IMG/VR virus record: IMGVR_UViG_3300021254_000029
Location: 1 to 64,000 of that record
Strand: one strand, 5' to 3'
DNA: 64,000 nucleotides
From: a virus
Taxonomy: Duplodnaviria; Caudoviricetes
Shown: piece after piece, positions 40,759 to 50,448 of the stretch
How the letters are laid out: the number at the start of each line of letters is the position of its first letter
How positions within the stretch are numbered: position 1 is the first letter of the stretch
Translations under genes and position numbers: made by a program
The notes under the pieces: generated by a model
Databases searched by the model: none
The model's input: only the letters and a program-made list of their open reading frames with translations
What the model was told of the DNA's origin: nothing

Positions 40759-40834
40759 TGGGAGGATGAGGACTCGAACCTCCGCTCAGGTCAGACTTAT
40801 TCTACAGTTGCGCCATTTACTGTCTTTTCCTCCC
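40759..40834 (-). ncRNA. tRNA-like element (acceptor stem + T arm, non-canonical core)
   Basis: GGGAGGA/TCCTCCC-A; GAGG-TTCGAGT-CCTC. Confidence 0.55.
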
Positions 40835-40931
40835 GTTTAAAAGTGCGTTAGTTCCTTATGTAACCCAAACGCACTTCTTGCCGTCTTTCCGGCTGCCTTC
40901 CTAATGCTCCAGATATGGATAAGAGCGATCT

Positions 40932-42146
40932 TTATTTGTTGTTCATCTTCTCCACCACCTGCATCAGCATGTTCAGCCCAACGGCATCCATCGCGCTTCC
41001 GCTGCCGTTTCCATTGCCCATGATGATTTCAGGCACCCAGCGGACTTGGCTCTGTGCCAGCTCGTGCGCGATACCGATGGCCGTCTCTTTTTCGATGGTG
41101 GCGCGTTCCAACGGTGTTAGACCGGCACTGACAAGCGCACGGTTGGCAGCAGCCTTGGCTTCACCCTCTGCCTTGACTCGCTTGGCTACTTCCTCGGCTC
41201 GGGCAGCTTCCAGCCGAGCAACCTCGAACTCTTGTTCTGCCTTGGTCACGGCCTTAGCCTTTTCCTTTTCCTGTTCCCACTTGGCCGTCTCGGCGGCTTG
41301 CTTACCCTGCTCCGTCACGAGAATGGTCTTCTGTATGGCTTCCAAACTCTTGGTTTTCGATGTCACCTGCGCCAAGTTTGCCGCCTTCTGTGCGTCTATC
41401 TGGTCCTGCGTCATCTTATCATATTTGATGTCCGTGATGCTGACGAGGTTGCAGACAATACCATACTGCGAGAACGGACTGACCTCCTGTCGCTTGTAAC
41501 CACCTGGGGCGTTGCTATCAATGATTAGCTCAGCCTTCGCCACGATGTCGCTATCTCCCGTCAACTCATTTATGACTGTCAGCTTGTGCATCTTGGTCTT
41601 ATACACACCATCGTTAAGTTGGTCGGTGATGTACTGAATAAGGTCGGTACGAGTTTCACTGACACTCTCCAGAGATGACATAAGCGGACCGCAGGAAGTG
41701 ACTACCTTGTAGAGCGTAGGACGGATGAGTGCAGAAATCAGAGCTTGCTCAGATCCGAAGTCCTGCTGTATCTTGCTCATGTGGTTTGCATCCGTTGGCA
41801 ACACCACACGCAGCGAACCGATAATAAACCCTTTACCCTTATCGTTGAAGGTGACAGCTGCCCCTGGATTGTCACCTACGGCCACATAACCCTCTTCGTT
41901 TTTCTCCACGCCTGTAAACTCCACCTGCGAAGTTTTGTGGTACTCGTAGATGTTACCCCACCACTGCTGTTGCAAACCTCCGTTGATCCATACGGCATAG
42001 TTGCCCGTGTAGGGGTATTGATTGACATAGATTTTCGACTTGTCGCAGTCCTCAAAGGCTCCCTGTAACAGGAAGAGCATAAAGATAATGAGGGCACCGA
42101 CGCAAACGCCAACAATGTGGCTTTTCTTAATCTCAAATGGTTTCAT
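40932..42146 (-). CDS. SPFH/band-7 (flotillin-like) membrane protein
   Basis: N-terminal TM, SPFH-like core, A/E/K coiled coil, WVPEIIMG tail. Confidence 0.75.
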   Translation of the reverse strand: MKPFEIKKSHIVGVCVGALIIFMLFLLQGAFEDCDKSKIYVNQYPYTGNYAVWINGGLQQQWWGNIYEYHKTSQVEFTGVEKNEEGYVAVGDNPGAAVTFNDKGKGFIIGSLRVVLPTDANHMSKIQQDFGSEQALISALIRPTLYKVVTSCGPLMSSLESVSETRTDLIQYITDQLNDGVYKTKMHKLTVINELTGDSDIVAKAELIIDSNAPGGYKRQEVSPFSQYGIVCNLVSITDIKYDKMTQDQIDAQKAANLAQVTSKTKSLEAIQKTILVTEQGKQAAETAKWEQEKEKAKAVTKAEQEFEVARLEAARAEEVAKRVKAEGEAKAAANRALVSAGLTPLERATIEKETAIGIAHELAQSQVRWVPEIIMGNGNGSGSAMDAVGLNMLMQVVEKMNNK

Positions 42147-42336
42147 TTTTTTGTTTTTTAGTTGTTAAATAAATGAAGTAGTAGAATGGAATTAGTACTT
42201 TCGGGAATGTAATGTCTGCCTTGGTAAAGCGAATCACCCCGAAGAGTTGCAACACACACAGCAGATAGTACACCGCCGCCAGCGGGATGAGCGTCATACT
42301 CAAAAGACGAGCGTAAATCATAGGCCTAAAAATCAA
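42133..42336 (-). CDS. small membrane protein
   Basis: Hydrophobic, overlaps SPFH gene start. Confidence 0.6.
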   Translation of the reverse strand: MIFRPMIYARLLSMTLIPLAAVYYLLCVLQLFGVIRFTKADITFPKVLIPFYYFIYLTTKKQKNETI

Positions 42337-42682
42337 AAGGGTCTGAACTCTCTATATCCTCTGCATCATCCGTGACAATCGCACTTGCCGATGACTCAAC
42401 CTTATGACACGGACAGTCTGGACTATGGCGTAGGAAACAGTGATTTTTTTCACATTGTCTCACGGTATGACCAGACTTTCCGTCGCATGTGGCATACACC
42501 AAATAAAACTCATGTTTGCCAAGGTATATACTCTGGGCGTACAATTCACTGCTGTAGCCACCAAAAACCACAGTTTCTTCGGAATCTGTCCCTTGCTGCG
42601 CCGGAGCTTCCTCACACGCGCCAAGAATCACGAAGACAGCTACCGCTAAAGCAGCTTTCAGAGAACAATAAATCTTTTTCAT
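42326..42682 (-). CDS. putative lipoprotein
   Basis: Signal peptide with LGAC lipobox; HSPDCPCH. Confidence 0.6.
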   Translation of the reverse strand: MKKIYCSLKAALAVAVFVILGACEEAPAQQGTDSEETVVFGGYSSELYAQSIYLGKHEFYLVYATCDGKSGHTVRQCEKNHCFLRHSPDCPCHKVESSASAIVTDDAEDIESSDPFDF

Positions 42683-42705
42683 ATTTCTTGAGTTTAATCA
42701 GCAAT

Positions 42706-43065
42706 CTAATCCCCATAAGTTTTCAGTTTCTGCACGATTTTATCTGCCATTTCCGGCACCTTCGGCAGATCCATGTCACCACGTCGCAGCAGCATCTTCG
42801 CAATCTCCACGCGCTGATCACGCCAGAAGTGGTTCTTTACCGAATCCAGCATTTCCTTCATCATCGCGGTGGTGTCCGGCATCTGTGGCACGCCGCCGAA
42901 AGCAGGCTGCTCCATCGCCGTTGATTCTCCAAGGATTTCCAGCTCGTCGGCTTTATATTCCTTGACATTATCGTCAAGTCCTTCTGTAAACACGTCTGGC
43001 TTGCTGCCTTCAAACAATACCTTCTCTTCGCCCGTCGCCAGGACTTTTGCCTTTACAATTCTCAT
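42706..43065 (-). CDS. hypothetical protein
   Basis: 119-aa ORF. Confidence 0.65.
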   Translation of the reverse strand: MRIVKAKVLATGEEKVLFEGSKPDVFTEGLDDNVKEYKADELEILGESTAMEQPAFGGVPQMPDTTAMMKEMLDSVKNHFWRDQRVEIAKMLLRRGDMDLPKVPEMADKIVQKLKTYGD

Positions 43066-43094
43066 AATCTTGTTTTTTTAATTGTTATACGATG

Positions 43095-43412
43095 TCAGTT
43101 ACTATTGCTATTTTCTACCGCCGTCTGATCCTTCCAGAATGAATGAGGGTCATAGCCTGTCATGTCTTTGACAAGTTGCCGCAGCCGCTGACCGAAGTCC
43201 TCGACATTCTTCTCGTTGATACATCCTGCCTTGATGCCGATATTACTTGCCACATGCTGAAAGAGATAAGTGGCATTCATCAGGTCGCGTGGAAAGTAGT
43301 TCAGTTCCACCGCCCACTGTTTTGCTTCGGTTTCCAGCGCAACGTCCGCCCAGTGTTGAAGATCATCACAGATGGCCAGATTGATTTCCTGTATGGCTTT
43401 TTGGTGTTCCAT
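43095..43412 (-). CDS. hypothetical protein
   Basis: 105-aa ORF. Confidence 0.65.
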   Translation of the reverse strand: MEHQKAIQEINLAICDDLQHWADVALETEAKQWAVELNYFPRDLMNATYLFQHVASNIGIKAGCINEKNVEDFGQRLRQLVKDMTGYDPHSFWKDQTAVENSNSN

Positions 43413-43640
43413 AATATTCGTTTCTTAAAAATCGACACAGGCCCGACGGCAGCGGATGATGTCTGCAACAAGGACAAGACCCAGAGCAAGAACCGTTGCA
43501 GCACTCGGCAAGAGCAAGAGCATTACCGGGAGGCGGCAGCCTCCCTACCTGAGTGTCGCACTACAACGTCATCGGGTGAAAATTGCCATTCTGCGTGTTA
43601 CCATTACACTACCTCACCCATAAGTCTTTCCCGAAGGATA

Positions 43641-43800
43641 GGGGTGAGGACAGGACTCGAACCTGCAATACAGCCACCACAAGGAAGGCGATTTTTGTAC
43701 ATATCCACTCTGTCACTCGCGTAAGTTGGTACGCAAGGTGGGAATCGAACCCACGTATTATTGTTGATAGAATATCACCCTCTGTCATCAGTGCGCCGCA
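43641..43800 (-). ncRNA. two tandem degenerate tRNA-like elements
   Basis: T arms GTGGG-TTCGATT-CCCAC (followed by ...ACCA) and GCAGG-TTCGAGT-CCTGT; shared TGACAGAG D-arm-like segment. Confidence 0.5.
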
Positions 43801-43863
43801 GTTTCGCAGTAGATACCTTCAGTCTGCGGCTACCTGTGTCGATATGTCAAAGAACTCAAACGG

Positions 43864-45021
43864 CTATTTCCCTAACCCGTTGATGCGCTCATAGACAGGG
43901 CGCAGCTCGTTCGGGATGATGATGCCCAGCCCTGCGATGCGATTGGCTTCCGCCAGTCGCCATACCGCAAGGTCGGTACTCAACTGCAGGTGACGGTTTT
44001 TCTGCTCCGTCATCCACTGGTCGTACTCGCTGCGGTACTCGCTCAGTTTCTTGCGCTCCCCTTCGAGGTAGGCGTTCAGTTTGTCCTGCAAGGCACTCGT
44101 CTCGCGGGCATGGTCGTCACACGCCTTCTGATATGCAGCCGCCTTCGCCTGCTTGTCGGCCTCGATGGTGCGCTGGCGTTCGGCCAGCATCCCGTTCAGT
44201 TCGGCTTGCAAGGCACGATGCTCGGCAGCCAGGCGGTAGAACATGCCATCCACATACTCCAGCGACACCGTAGGCTTGAACTCGTGCATCAGTGTGTTTG
44301 CACCCTCGCCGCTCGTGCCGACAGGATGCGCCAGCACACCGCGCAACTTCTTACGCTCCTCGCTGAACGTGCCGTCCTCGTGGATATACTTGCCGATGGC
44401 AGCAGCCTTGGCTTCGAGCAACAGCATACGGTTTCTATCCTTTACCGACAGCCCGGCCATATACTCGTCCTCAGTCATCGCGTCCTCCTTCTCCACGTCG
44501 TCGGGCATCGTCAGACCGAACTTCTTACAGAAGAGATAGAGTTTAGAGATAGCGTAACCCATCGCCCTGCGCACAGCCGGCTCCACATCAGGAAACTCAC
44601 CGTTGATGTCGGGCATCGTCAGCCCGCGCTCCTTCAGCCAGTCTTCCAGTTTCATATTGACCTTCGGCACTTCCACGCCGCCCAGCACGTCGCGGCAATA
44701 GTCCTCCAGTGTCATGTCCTTCACCTCCTTCAGCAAGCGTTCACGCGCCTTGATAGCCTCGCGCAACCAGGCAATCAGTGCATGAGCCTCGCCGATATGC
44801 GACAGGTTCTCATACGTCTTGTCCAGTTCCTCGGTGGTCTTCCCCACCTTCGCCGTCTTCGGTTCGCCGCCACTGAGCAGGCTCACGGTCGTTCCGTAGA
44901 AACTCACGCCGCCCAACTCGTCGGTCACGTTCCTCACACTTTCCTTCGCCATGTTTGCCACATGGTTCGCGCTCGTACTTGTCAGTCCCGAGTCGCCGAA
45001 ATAAATGTAATCTGCTTTCAT
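43864..45021 (-). CDS. coiled-coil hypothetical protein
   Basis: 385 aa; GLTSTSANHVAN...IIIPNEL. Confidence 0.7.
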   Translation of the reverse strand: MKADYIYFGDSGLTSTSANHVANMAKESVRNVTDELGGVSFYGTTVSLLSGGEPKTAKVGKTTEELDKTYENLSHIGEAHALIAWLREAIKARERLLKEVKDMTLEDYCRDVLGGVEVPKVNMKLEDWLKERGLTMPDINGEFPDVEPAVRRAMGYAISKLYLFCKKFGLTMPDDVEKEDAMTEDEYMAGLSVKDRNRMLLLEAKAAAIGKYIHEDGTFSEERKKLRGVLAHPVGTSGEGANTLMHEFKPTVSLEYVDGMFYRLAAEHRALQAELNGMLAERQRTIEADKQAKAAAYQKACDDHARETSALQDKLNAYLEGERKKLSEYRSEYDQWMTEQKNRHLQLSTDLAVWRLAEANRIAGLGIIIPNELRPVYERINGLGK

Positions 45022-45130
45022 ATTATATTATATATTCGTTTAATTCGTTTTCAATGTCTTACAGAAATCACGGATAGCACAGAAACAATTCGTTCAATTC
45101 GTGTAATTTGTGGTTACAAAAATCTGTGGT

Positions 45131-45451
45131 TCAATCTACTTTTGTAATATCTATCTCATGTCGCTGCGTGTAGGTGAGTACACCTTCGTAGCCCAGCTCC
45201 CGAAGCCTGATCATCAGTTCGCGTGGCTGAAAGTCGCGGAGCCGCAGTTGTCGAGCTTCTTTCACCTGCCTGCGCAAATTGTCCAGTTCGTCGAGTTTCT
45301 TACGTCCCTCGCGTCGTTTCCGTGAACAACATTCTTTGCATGTCTTGTGCAGTCCATAACCACCTCTGCTGAACATCTCTATCGGTAGTTCCCGTCCGCA
45401 GCACTTGCACACCTGCGTTTCTGGGGGGGGTAAAATTACTTGTTCCATCAT
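45131..45451 (-). CDS. Zn-ribbon protein
   Basis: CKCCG...CKEC. Confidence 0.65.
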   Translation of the reverse strand: MMEQVILPPPETQVCKCCGRELPIEMFSRGGYGLHKTCKECCSRKRREGRKKLDELDNLRRQVKEARQLRLRDFQPRELMIRLRELGYEGVLTYTQRHEIDITKVD

Positions 45452-45485
45452 TTGTTGTAGCTTTTTTTAGGGGTAATCGTTTACG

Positions 45486-45558
45486 TGGAACGTGCAGGGC
45501 TCGAACCTGCGACTCGCGGATTAAAGATCCGCTGCTCTTCCTGCTGAGCTAACGTTCC
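45486..45558 (-). tRNA. tRNA-Lys(UUU), atypical C33
   Basis: Full cloverleaf: GGAACGT/ACGTTCC, GCTC/GAGC, GCGGA-TCTTTAA-TCCGC, GCAGG-TTCGAGC-CCTGC; no encoded CCA. Confidence 0.85.
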
Positions 45559-45559
45559 A

Positions 45560-46294
45560 TCAATCGTAGTTCACGTTGTCATCGTCCCTGTGGCCATCCG
45601 TGAAGTGCAGGCGCTCCACCAGCTCATTCTTGCGGCGCAGCACCATGAGGTATTGCTGTGCGATGCGCGTGAGGTGGTTGCTCCAGTCCAGGTATTCCAC
45701 CACAGCCTTCACCTTCTCCTCCTCACCGCTCTGCATGGCGGCATAGAGGTCGTCGAGGGCGTTGTTCGTCTTGTCGAGCATAGCCTGCGCCAGACACTCG
45801 CGCCCCAGCGCCCTGTTGGCCTTCTGCAGCTGCTCCAGCGTGGCGTCCAGGTCTTCACGCAACGCCTGAATCTTCGCGTCGCGCTCGCTCATCCGCTCCT
45901 CATACTCCTCATGTCGGTCCACGCGGTCGCGCTCATAGCGCTCCTGCTGCTCGCGCAGCTCGCGGGCGTGGGAGACATTCAGTTCCTCCACCTTCGCGGT
46001 GTAATCCTTCAGCACCTGCGCCAAGCGCTCGCGGCGTTCCTTCGTCAGAGCTTCGATGGTGATGTCTTTGTCCGTCAGGTGCTGGCGCAGGTTCTCCGTC
46101 AGGTTCTCAAACTCGCGCACCCGCTTGTTGGCGTCCGCCATCTTCTGCTCCAACGTGTAACGCAGCTCGTCCAGGTGGCGCACCCGCTCGGCGGTCAACT
46201 CATATTCGTGCGTCACCTGCTCCAGCTCCACACGGTAGGGATTCCGCCCCAGCAGGGCGATGAATAAGTTCTTCAGATAGCGTGTTAGTTCCAT
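45560..46294 (-). CDS. coiled-coil protein
   Basis: 244 aa, E/R/L heptads. Confidence 0.7.
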   Translation of the reverse strand: MELTRYLKNLFIALLGRNPYRVELEQVTHEYELTAERVRHLDELRYTLEQKMADANKRVREFENLTENLRQHLTDKDITIEALTKERRERLAQVLKDYTAKVEELNVSHARELREQQERYERDRVDRHEEYEERMSERDAKIQALREDLDATLEQLQKANRALGRECLAQAMLDKTNNALDDLYAAMQSGEEEKVKAVVEYLDWSNHLTRIAQQYLMVLRRKNELVERLHFTDGHRDDDNVNYD

Positions 46295-46313
46295 AATATA
46301 ATATGTATATAGG

Positions 46314-46508
46314 TTATTTCGTCCGTGTAATACTCACGCTGGCCGACGTATAGTCAGCCTTCACCTCGAAGCCCATCTCTTCCTCGTTCTTCAGTTGCTG
46401 CGCCTGCACGCGGGCCGACTGTATCTTCTTCTTGTCGGCCAGCGTGAAGATGCGCGTCTGCCCGACCCGCATGTCCCTCAGTTCCTGTCGACTTACTCTT
46501 TCTTGCAT
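46314..46508 (-). CDS. Cro-like small DNA-binding protein
   Basis: First gene of leftward operon, divergent from XRE gene. Confidence 0.55.
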   Translation of the reverse strand: MQERVSRQELRDMRVGQTRIFTLADKKKIQSARVQAQQLKNEEEMGFEVKADYTSASVSITRTK

Positions 46509-46559
46509 TTTTATCTTTATTTATTAACACTAATTTCTTAAAAATACAGGAAAAAGTCT

Positions 46560-46701
46560 TACCTTTGCGATGGATATTTCATTTTTTTAGCATCGGTGGC
46601 ACTACGCTTTCCGCTGAAAGACGCACTTTGTCGCGCCTGCAGGCTCTTCCTGTTCCCAATACAAATAAAACTTAATTTATTTATATGGGATTGCAAAGTT
46701 A
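46560..46701. promoter_or_regulatory. face-to-face promoters of lysis/lysogeny switch
   Basis: TACCTTTG (+) 46560-46567 and TAACTTTG (-) 46694-46701. Confidence 0.6.
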
Positions 46702-46762
46702 AGGATTAGAAATGAAAGTTGTGCATAGCCGAGCCTATATTTAACGGTTTTTAATATAACTT

Positions 46763-47383
46763 ATGACTATGACAATGAAATCAAATGAGATTTTCAAGCA
46801 AATGCTTGACTGGGTTTATGCCAACACTGAGGTGCATAATCAGGCAGAGATTGCCCGAAGGACGGGCGTTAACGAAGTGACAATATCTCGCATCCTAAAC
46901 GGGAAGATTCAAAAGGTGAAACAAGAAACGATTCGCAAAGTGAACATAGCATTCGGCAGCGTCTTTAATCCGGCATGGCTCCGTGGAGACAGCGACATCA
47001 TGCTTATTGACGAAATCCGGAAACAGCCAGACGAGAGTCGTGCCGCCACCCATGTCTGTTCTCATGACGATACTCCAGACATGAACAGCCTGATAAACAC
47101 TGCACTTAGCGCAAAAGATGAAACTATAGAGTCACTGCGTCGTGAGTTAGAAGCAAAAGATGCAGCTGTCAGTTTCCTGAACGAACAGTTGAAAGATCGC
47201 ACCGACATTATGCACTCAATCCGGCAACAAGCCGAGAAAATTACATCAAAGTACGAGTCATTGCTACAAGAGCATCAGCGCTTGCTTCACCACATCAACG
47301 TTAACATCGGCACCATCCACGACTCCAACCTCTCCATTGCCGCAGAGCCTACCGCCTTTCCCTACGGGAAGCCTGAGAAATAA
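46763..47383 (+). CDS. XRE-family repressor (CI-like)
   Basis: QAEIARRTGVNEVTISRILNG HTH; NPAWLRG; AAEP tail. Confidence 0.8.
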   Translation: MTMTMKSNEIFKQMLDWVYANTEVHNQAEIARRTGVNEVTISRILNGKIQKVKQETIRKVNIAFGSVFNPAWLRGDSDIMLIDEIRKQPDESRAATHVCSHDDTPDMNSLINTALSAKDETIESLRRELEAKDAAVSFLNEQLKDRTDIMHSIRQQAEKITSKYESLLQEHQRLLHHINVNIGTIHDSNLSIAAEPTAFPYGKPEK

Positions 47384-47401
47384 GTGCGTTGGCACCAAAA
47401 C

Positions 47402-47447
47402 AAAAGAGCCGCCTCGCCCTCACGGCGAAGCGGCTCCAAACTCAAAA
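47402..47447 (-). terminator. GUGA-loop terminator hairpin
   Basis: GAGCCGCTTCGCC-GTGA-GGGCGAGGCGGCTC-TTTT. Confidence 0.6.
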
Positions 47448-47513
47448 TCACTACGTTGAAAGCAACGGAGTGTGCTTTAGCGTGCGCGCACGCACGCTAT
47501 ATATTATAGTGTA

Positions 47514-48002
47514 TCAAGGTGCAACGTATGGCGTCACCTTCATGTCGAAGTCCGAGGCGTTGTATAGCTCGGCTACAAAACGCACATAACCATTGCCAGA
47601 TTTCAGGTGCTTGACAATCTTACGGATGTCCTTTCGCCCGAACGTATAACGTTCAGCCGTCGTTATATATTTCCGCATTGTATTGTCATCCGGATAGAGG
47701 ATGACCGACACCATCTCTTCCAGGTTCCCATAAATGTCATAGAACCCAGCCTTTACGGGGACGTACACAGAACCCGATGATACCCAAGTCCTGAACATCC
47801 CCTTTTCGGTGATCAGCCGGAAGCTGGCCTTATCCCAGTCAAAGACGACGATAGCCCCGACTCCCGGCACTTCATAGATAGGCACATCCTTTTCGGTCTG
47901 TCCTTTCATCGGGTCAGCCGCGCGATGGAACACAGTCCATTTCTGTGCGCTTGCCGTCAGCCCGGCCAACAGCAGCAATACGATTGATAATAGTTTTTTC
48001 AT
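47514..48002 (-). CDS. secreted/periplasmic protein
   Basis: Signal peptide MKKLLSIVLLLLAGLTASAQ. Confidence 0.7.
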   Translation of the reverse strand: MKKLLSIVLLLLAGLTASAQKWTVFHRAADPMKGQTEKDVPIYEVPGVGAIVVFDWDKASFRLITEKGMFRTWVSSGSVYVPVKAGFYDIYGNLEEMVSVILYPDDNTMRKYITTAERYTFGRKDIRKIVKHLKSGNGYVRFVAELYNASDFDMKVTPYVAP

Positions 48003-48036
48003 AGTTGTTTCAGATTTTATTTGTCATTATTCATTT

Positions 48037-48627
48037 TTACGACCCAAAACTGACCGTCGCCAACCCGTTGGGATGCACGTCCAGTTGCTCGATGACATAA
48101 TCACCGATGGCGTGCCCCATCTCATCCTCATGCTTGGCATACTCACGCTGGAACACCTCGACGATACGCGTCAGCAACTCGCCCCACGTCTTTGCTGGCT
48201 CAATCGGATAGACGTTATAGTCACCAATCTCATCCACCTTAAACGGATAGTTCCAACGCACACGCTTCACCGGCACCTTCAGTTCCTGCTCCGGGTCAAC
48301 ATTGCAGTCAGCCAGGTCGCAAGTGTCCATCGTCAGCCCCACATACTCGCAACGCTCCGCGACATTCGACGGCAACTTGCCGTCATCCTCGTCGTAGCCA
48401 GTCCCTGCCATGAAGCCCTCATAGCCCACCTCGTTGCACACCGGACCATCCCACGACGACGTTATGTCTTCGTCGTCGCAGTTCCATTCATAGCCTTTCC
48501 AGTGTTTCTCACCGTCGATGACTACCACGGCAAAGAAGTGCTCGCACGTCGTGCCGTCGCCCTGCTCATAGATGTCGCTGTCAGGGTCCTGCCCGACACA
48601 AACCACCTCAATACTCTTGGGATTCAC
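48037..48627 (-). CDS. acidic hypothetical protein
   Basis: D/E-rich 196 aa. Confidence 0.65.
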   Translation of the reverse strand: MNPKSIEVVCVGQDPDSDIYEQGDGTTCEHFFAVVVIDGEKHWKGYEWNCDDEDITSSWDGPVCNEVGYEGFMAGTGYDEDDGKLPSNVAERCEYVGLTMDTCDLADCNVDPEQELKVPVKRVRWNYPFKVDEIGDYNVYPIEPAKTWGELLTRIVEVFQREYAKHEDEMGHAIGDYVIEQLDVHPNGLATVSFGS

Positions 48628-48711
48628 ATTATCCTGCTCCCATTACAGGATTCCTTTCTTGACCTGATTAAATGTCAGCTTTTCAAATCGTTTCATAGTT
48701 GTTATTTGTTT

Positions 48712-49113
48712 TTAATTTTGCTTCTTCAATTCCTCATAGGCTTTCTCCACCCAATGACACATGTACGGCACCCATAGCCCGTGCTTAGCCAGAACAGACA
48801 CTACATAGGTGATTGCCTCAAAAGGCTCATTTCCGATCAGAACTTCGTTCATCACCCACTCCACCATACTGAACTCGCGGGGAGGCTCCACAAGCACTAC
48901 TCCATCAGTGTTGGCAATCAATTCTGCGAGTGTCTGCTCTTCGAGACATTGTTCGTCACCTATCACATAGCGAGTCGCTATTGTTCCATCGTCGGTCAGG
49001 ATTCTGATACGCCAATCGGCCTCTCCGATAGCATAGCCCCGTCCATACTGCCCTTCGATTCCAATTATGTATTGTATCAATACATTTACTTTTTCGATAG
49101 ATATTACTTTCAT
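48712..49113 (-). CDS. hypothetical protein
   Basis: 133-aa ORF. Confidence 0.65.
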   Translation of the reverse strand: MKVISIEKVNVLIQYIIGIEGQYGRGYAIGEADWRIRILTDDGTIATRYVIGDEQCLEEQTLAELIANTDGVVLVEPPREFSMVEWVMNEVLIGNEPFEAITYVVSVLAKHGLWVPYMCHWVEKAYEELKKQN

Positions 49114-49145
49114 ATTCGTTACTTGTTTTTAATCGTTACTATTCC

Positions 49146-49350
49146 ACATTTCGGCGGCGAGGGCTGTGAACTACCGCGCAGCTAAAGACAGCGCGGCTTC
49201 GGAGCAGGGATTGCTCCTCTCTTTTCCTGCTTCGCCCGCCGAGACGGATGCGCAACACTGCTTCTTAGGCACTCGGTGAGTACGGTCGTCCACAGGAGGT
49301 TGCTCCACAGGCTTGACTTTCCCCCGCACCGGGGGTAGGGCCTCCATCAA
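49146..49350 (-). ncRNA. TnpB omegaRNA (scaffold ending TTCAC at 49166, guide 49165-49146)
   Basis: Right-end hairpin CCGCGC...GCGCGG followed by TAGTTCAC; 5' boundary approximate. Confidence 0.6.
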
Positions 49351-50448
49351 AGCGAGGCCAAACTTTTTGATATTAACGGCGGCATTATGGTCGCGGTCGT
49401 GGTGGGTTCCACACTCAGGACACGTCCACTCCCGTTCCTCCAGCCGCAAACCACGATAGCGATGTCCACAGACATGACACAACTGAGACGAGGGATCGAA
49501 ACGCCCTATCTTGACAAAGCGGATGCCTTGCCACTGGCACTTGTATTCCAGTTGCCGCATGAACTCGCCTATGCTTGCATCGGCAAAGCTGTAGGCGAGG
49601 TGGTGGTTTCGCATCATGCCCTTCACGTTCAGGTCCTCCACACAGATGGCCTGCACTTGGCTCTCGTGCGTCAGCCTGTATGTGGTCTGCCCGATGAAGT
49701 GGGCGCGTCGGTTGGCTACCTTCTCATGCAGCCGTGCTATGCGTTGCTTCGTCCTGCGATAGGCGCAGGAGCCTTTGGTCTTCTTCGAGAGGCGGCGTTG
49801 CAGGAGTTTCAGCTTGCGCTTCTCCTTCTTGGCCTCGTGCGGCGGTTTGATTTCCTCTCCGTCGCTGACCACGGCAAACGTCTTCAGTCCCGCGTCGATG
49901 CCGATAACCTTCTCCGCTGGTACGCTCTTCGGAGCTTCTGGCAGAGGGGCATGGTTCTCGACGAGGATGCTGGCGAAGTATTTGCCCGTCGGTGTCTTGC
50001 TGATGGTGACGGTCTTGATGTCGCCACGGAAGCGGCGGTGCAGCACGGCGGGGATGTCCTTCGCCTTGGGGATGCTGATGGTGCCGTGTCCGAAGTCCAC
50101 GCTGCAATGCTGCGGGCACTGGAAGCTCTGGCGGTCATACTTCCCTTTGAAGTTCGGATAGCGTGCCGTGCCACGGAAGAAGTTGTCGTAGGCCGTGCCG
50201 AGGTTGCGGACGCTCATCTGGAGCGACTGCGAGTTGACTTCGTTCAGCCATTCCTTCTCTGCCTTCAACTCCGACTTCATGCGGTTGATGAGCGTGTTGG
50301 TGCTGATGCTCTCGCCGCGTTCCTTATAGGCCGTGGACTTCATATCAAGCGCCCAGTTCCACACCACACGGCAGCAGCCGAAGGTCTTGGCAAGCAAAAC
50401 CATCTGCTCCTCCGTGGGGTAGATTCTGTATTTGTACGCTCTCTTCAT
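49171..50448 (-). CDS. tnpB: IS200/IS605-family TnpB RNA-guided endonuclease
   Basis: KRAYKYRIYP; RuvC IGID, VED, DRDHNAA; CHVC/CPEC zinc finger. Confidence 0.95.
   Translation of the reverse strand: MKRAYKYRIYPTEEQMVLLAKTFGCCRVVWNWALDMKSTAYKERGESISTNTLINRMKSELKAEKEWLNEVNSQSLQMSVRNLGTAYDNFFRGTARYPNFKGKYDRQSFQCPQHCSVDFGHGTISIPKAKDIPAVLHRRFRGDIKTVTISKTPTGKYFASILVENHAPLPEAPKSVPAEKVIGIDAGLKTFAVVSDGEEIKPPHEAKKEKRKLKLLQRRLSKKTKGSCAYRRTKQRIARLHEKVANRRAHFIGQTTYRLTHESQVQAICVEDLNVKGMMRNHHLAYSFADASIGEFMRQLEYKCQWQGIRFVKIGRFDPSSQLCHVCGHRYRGLRLEEREWTCPECGTHHDRDHNAAVNIKKFGLALMEALPPVRGKVKPVEQPPVDDRTHRVPKKQCCASVSAGEAGKERSNPCSEAALSLAAR

Noticed and set aside
45486-45558. Ochre suppressor tRNA (UUA) or stop-codon recoding
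   Set aside because: Stem register places UUU at 34-36, and genes read intact in the standard code
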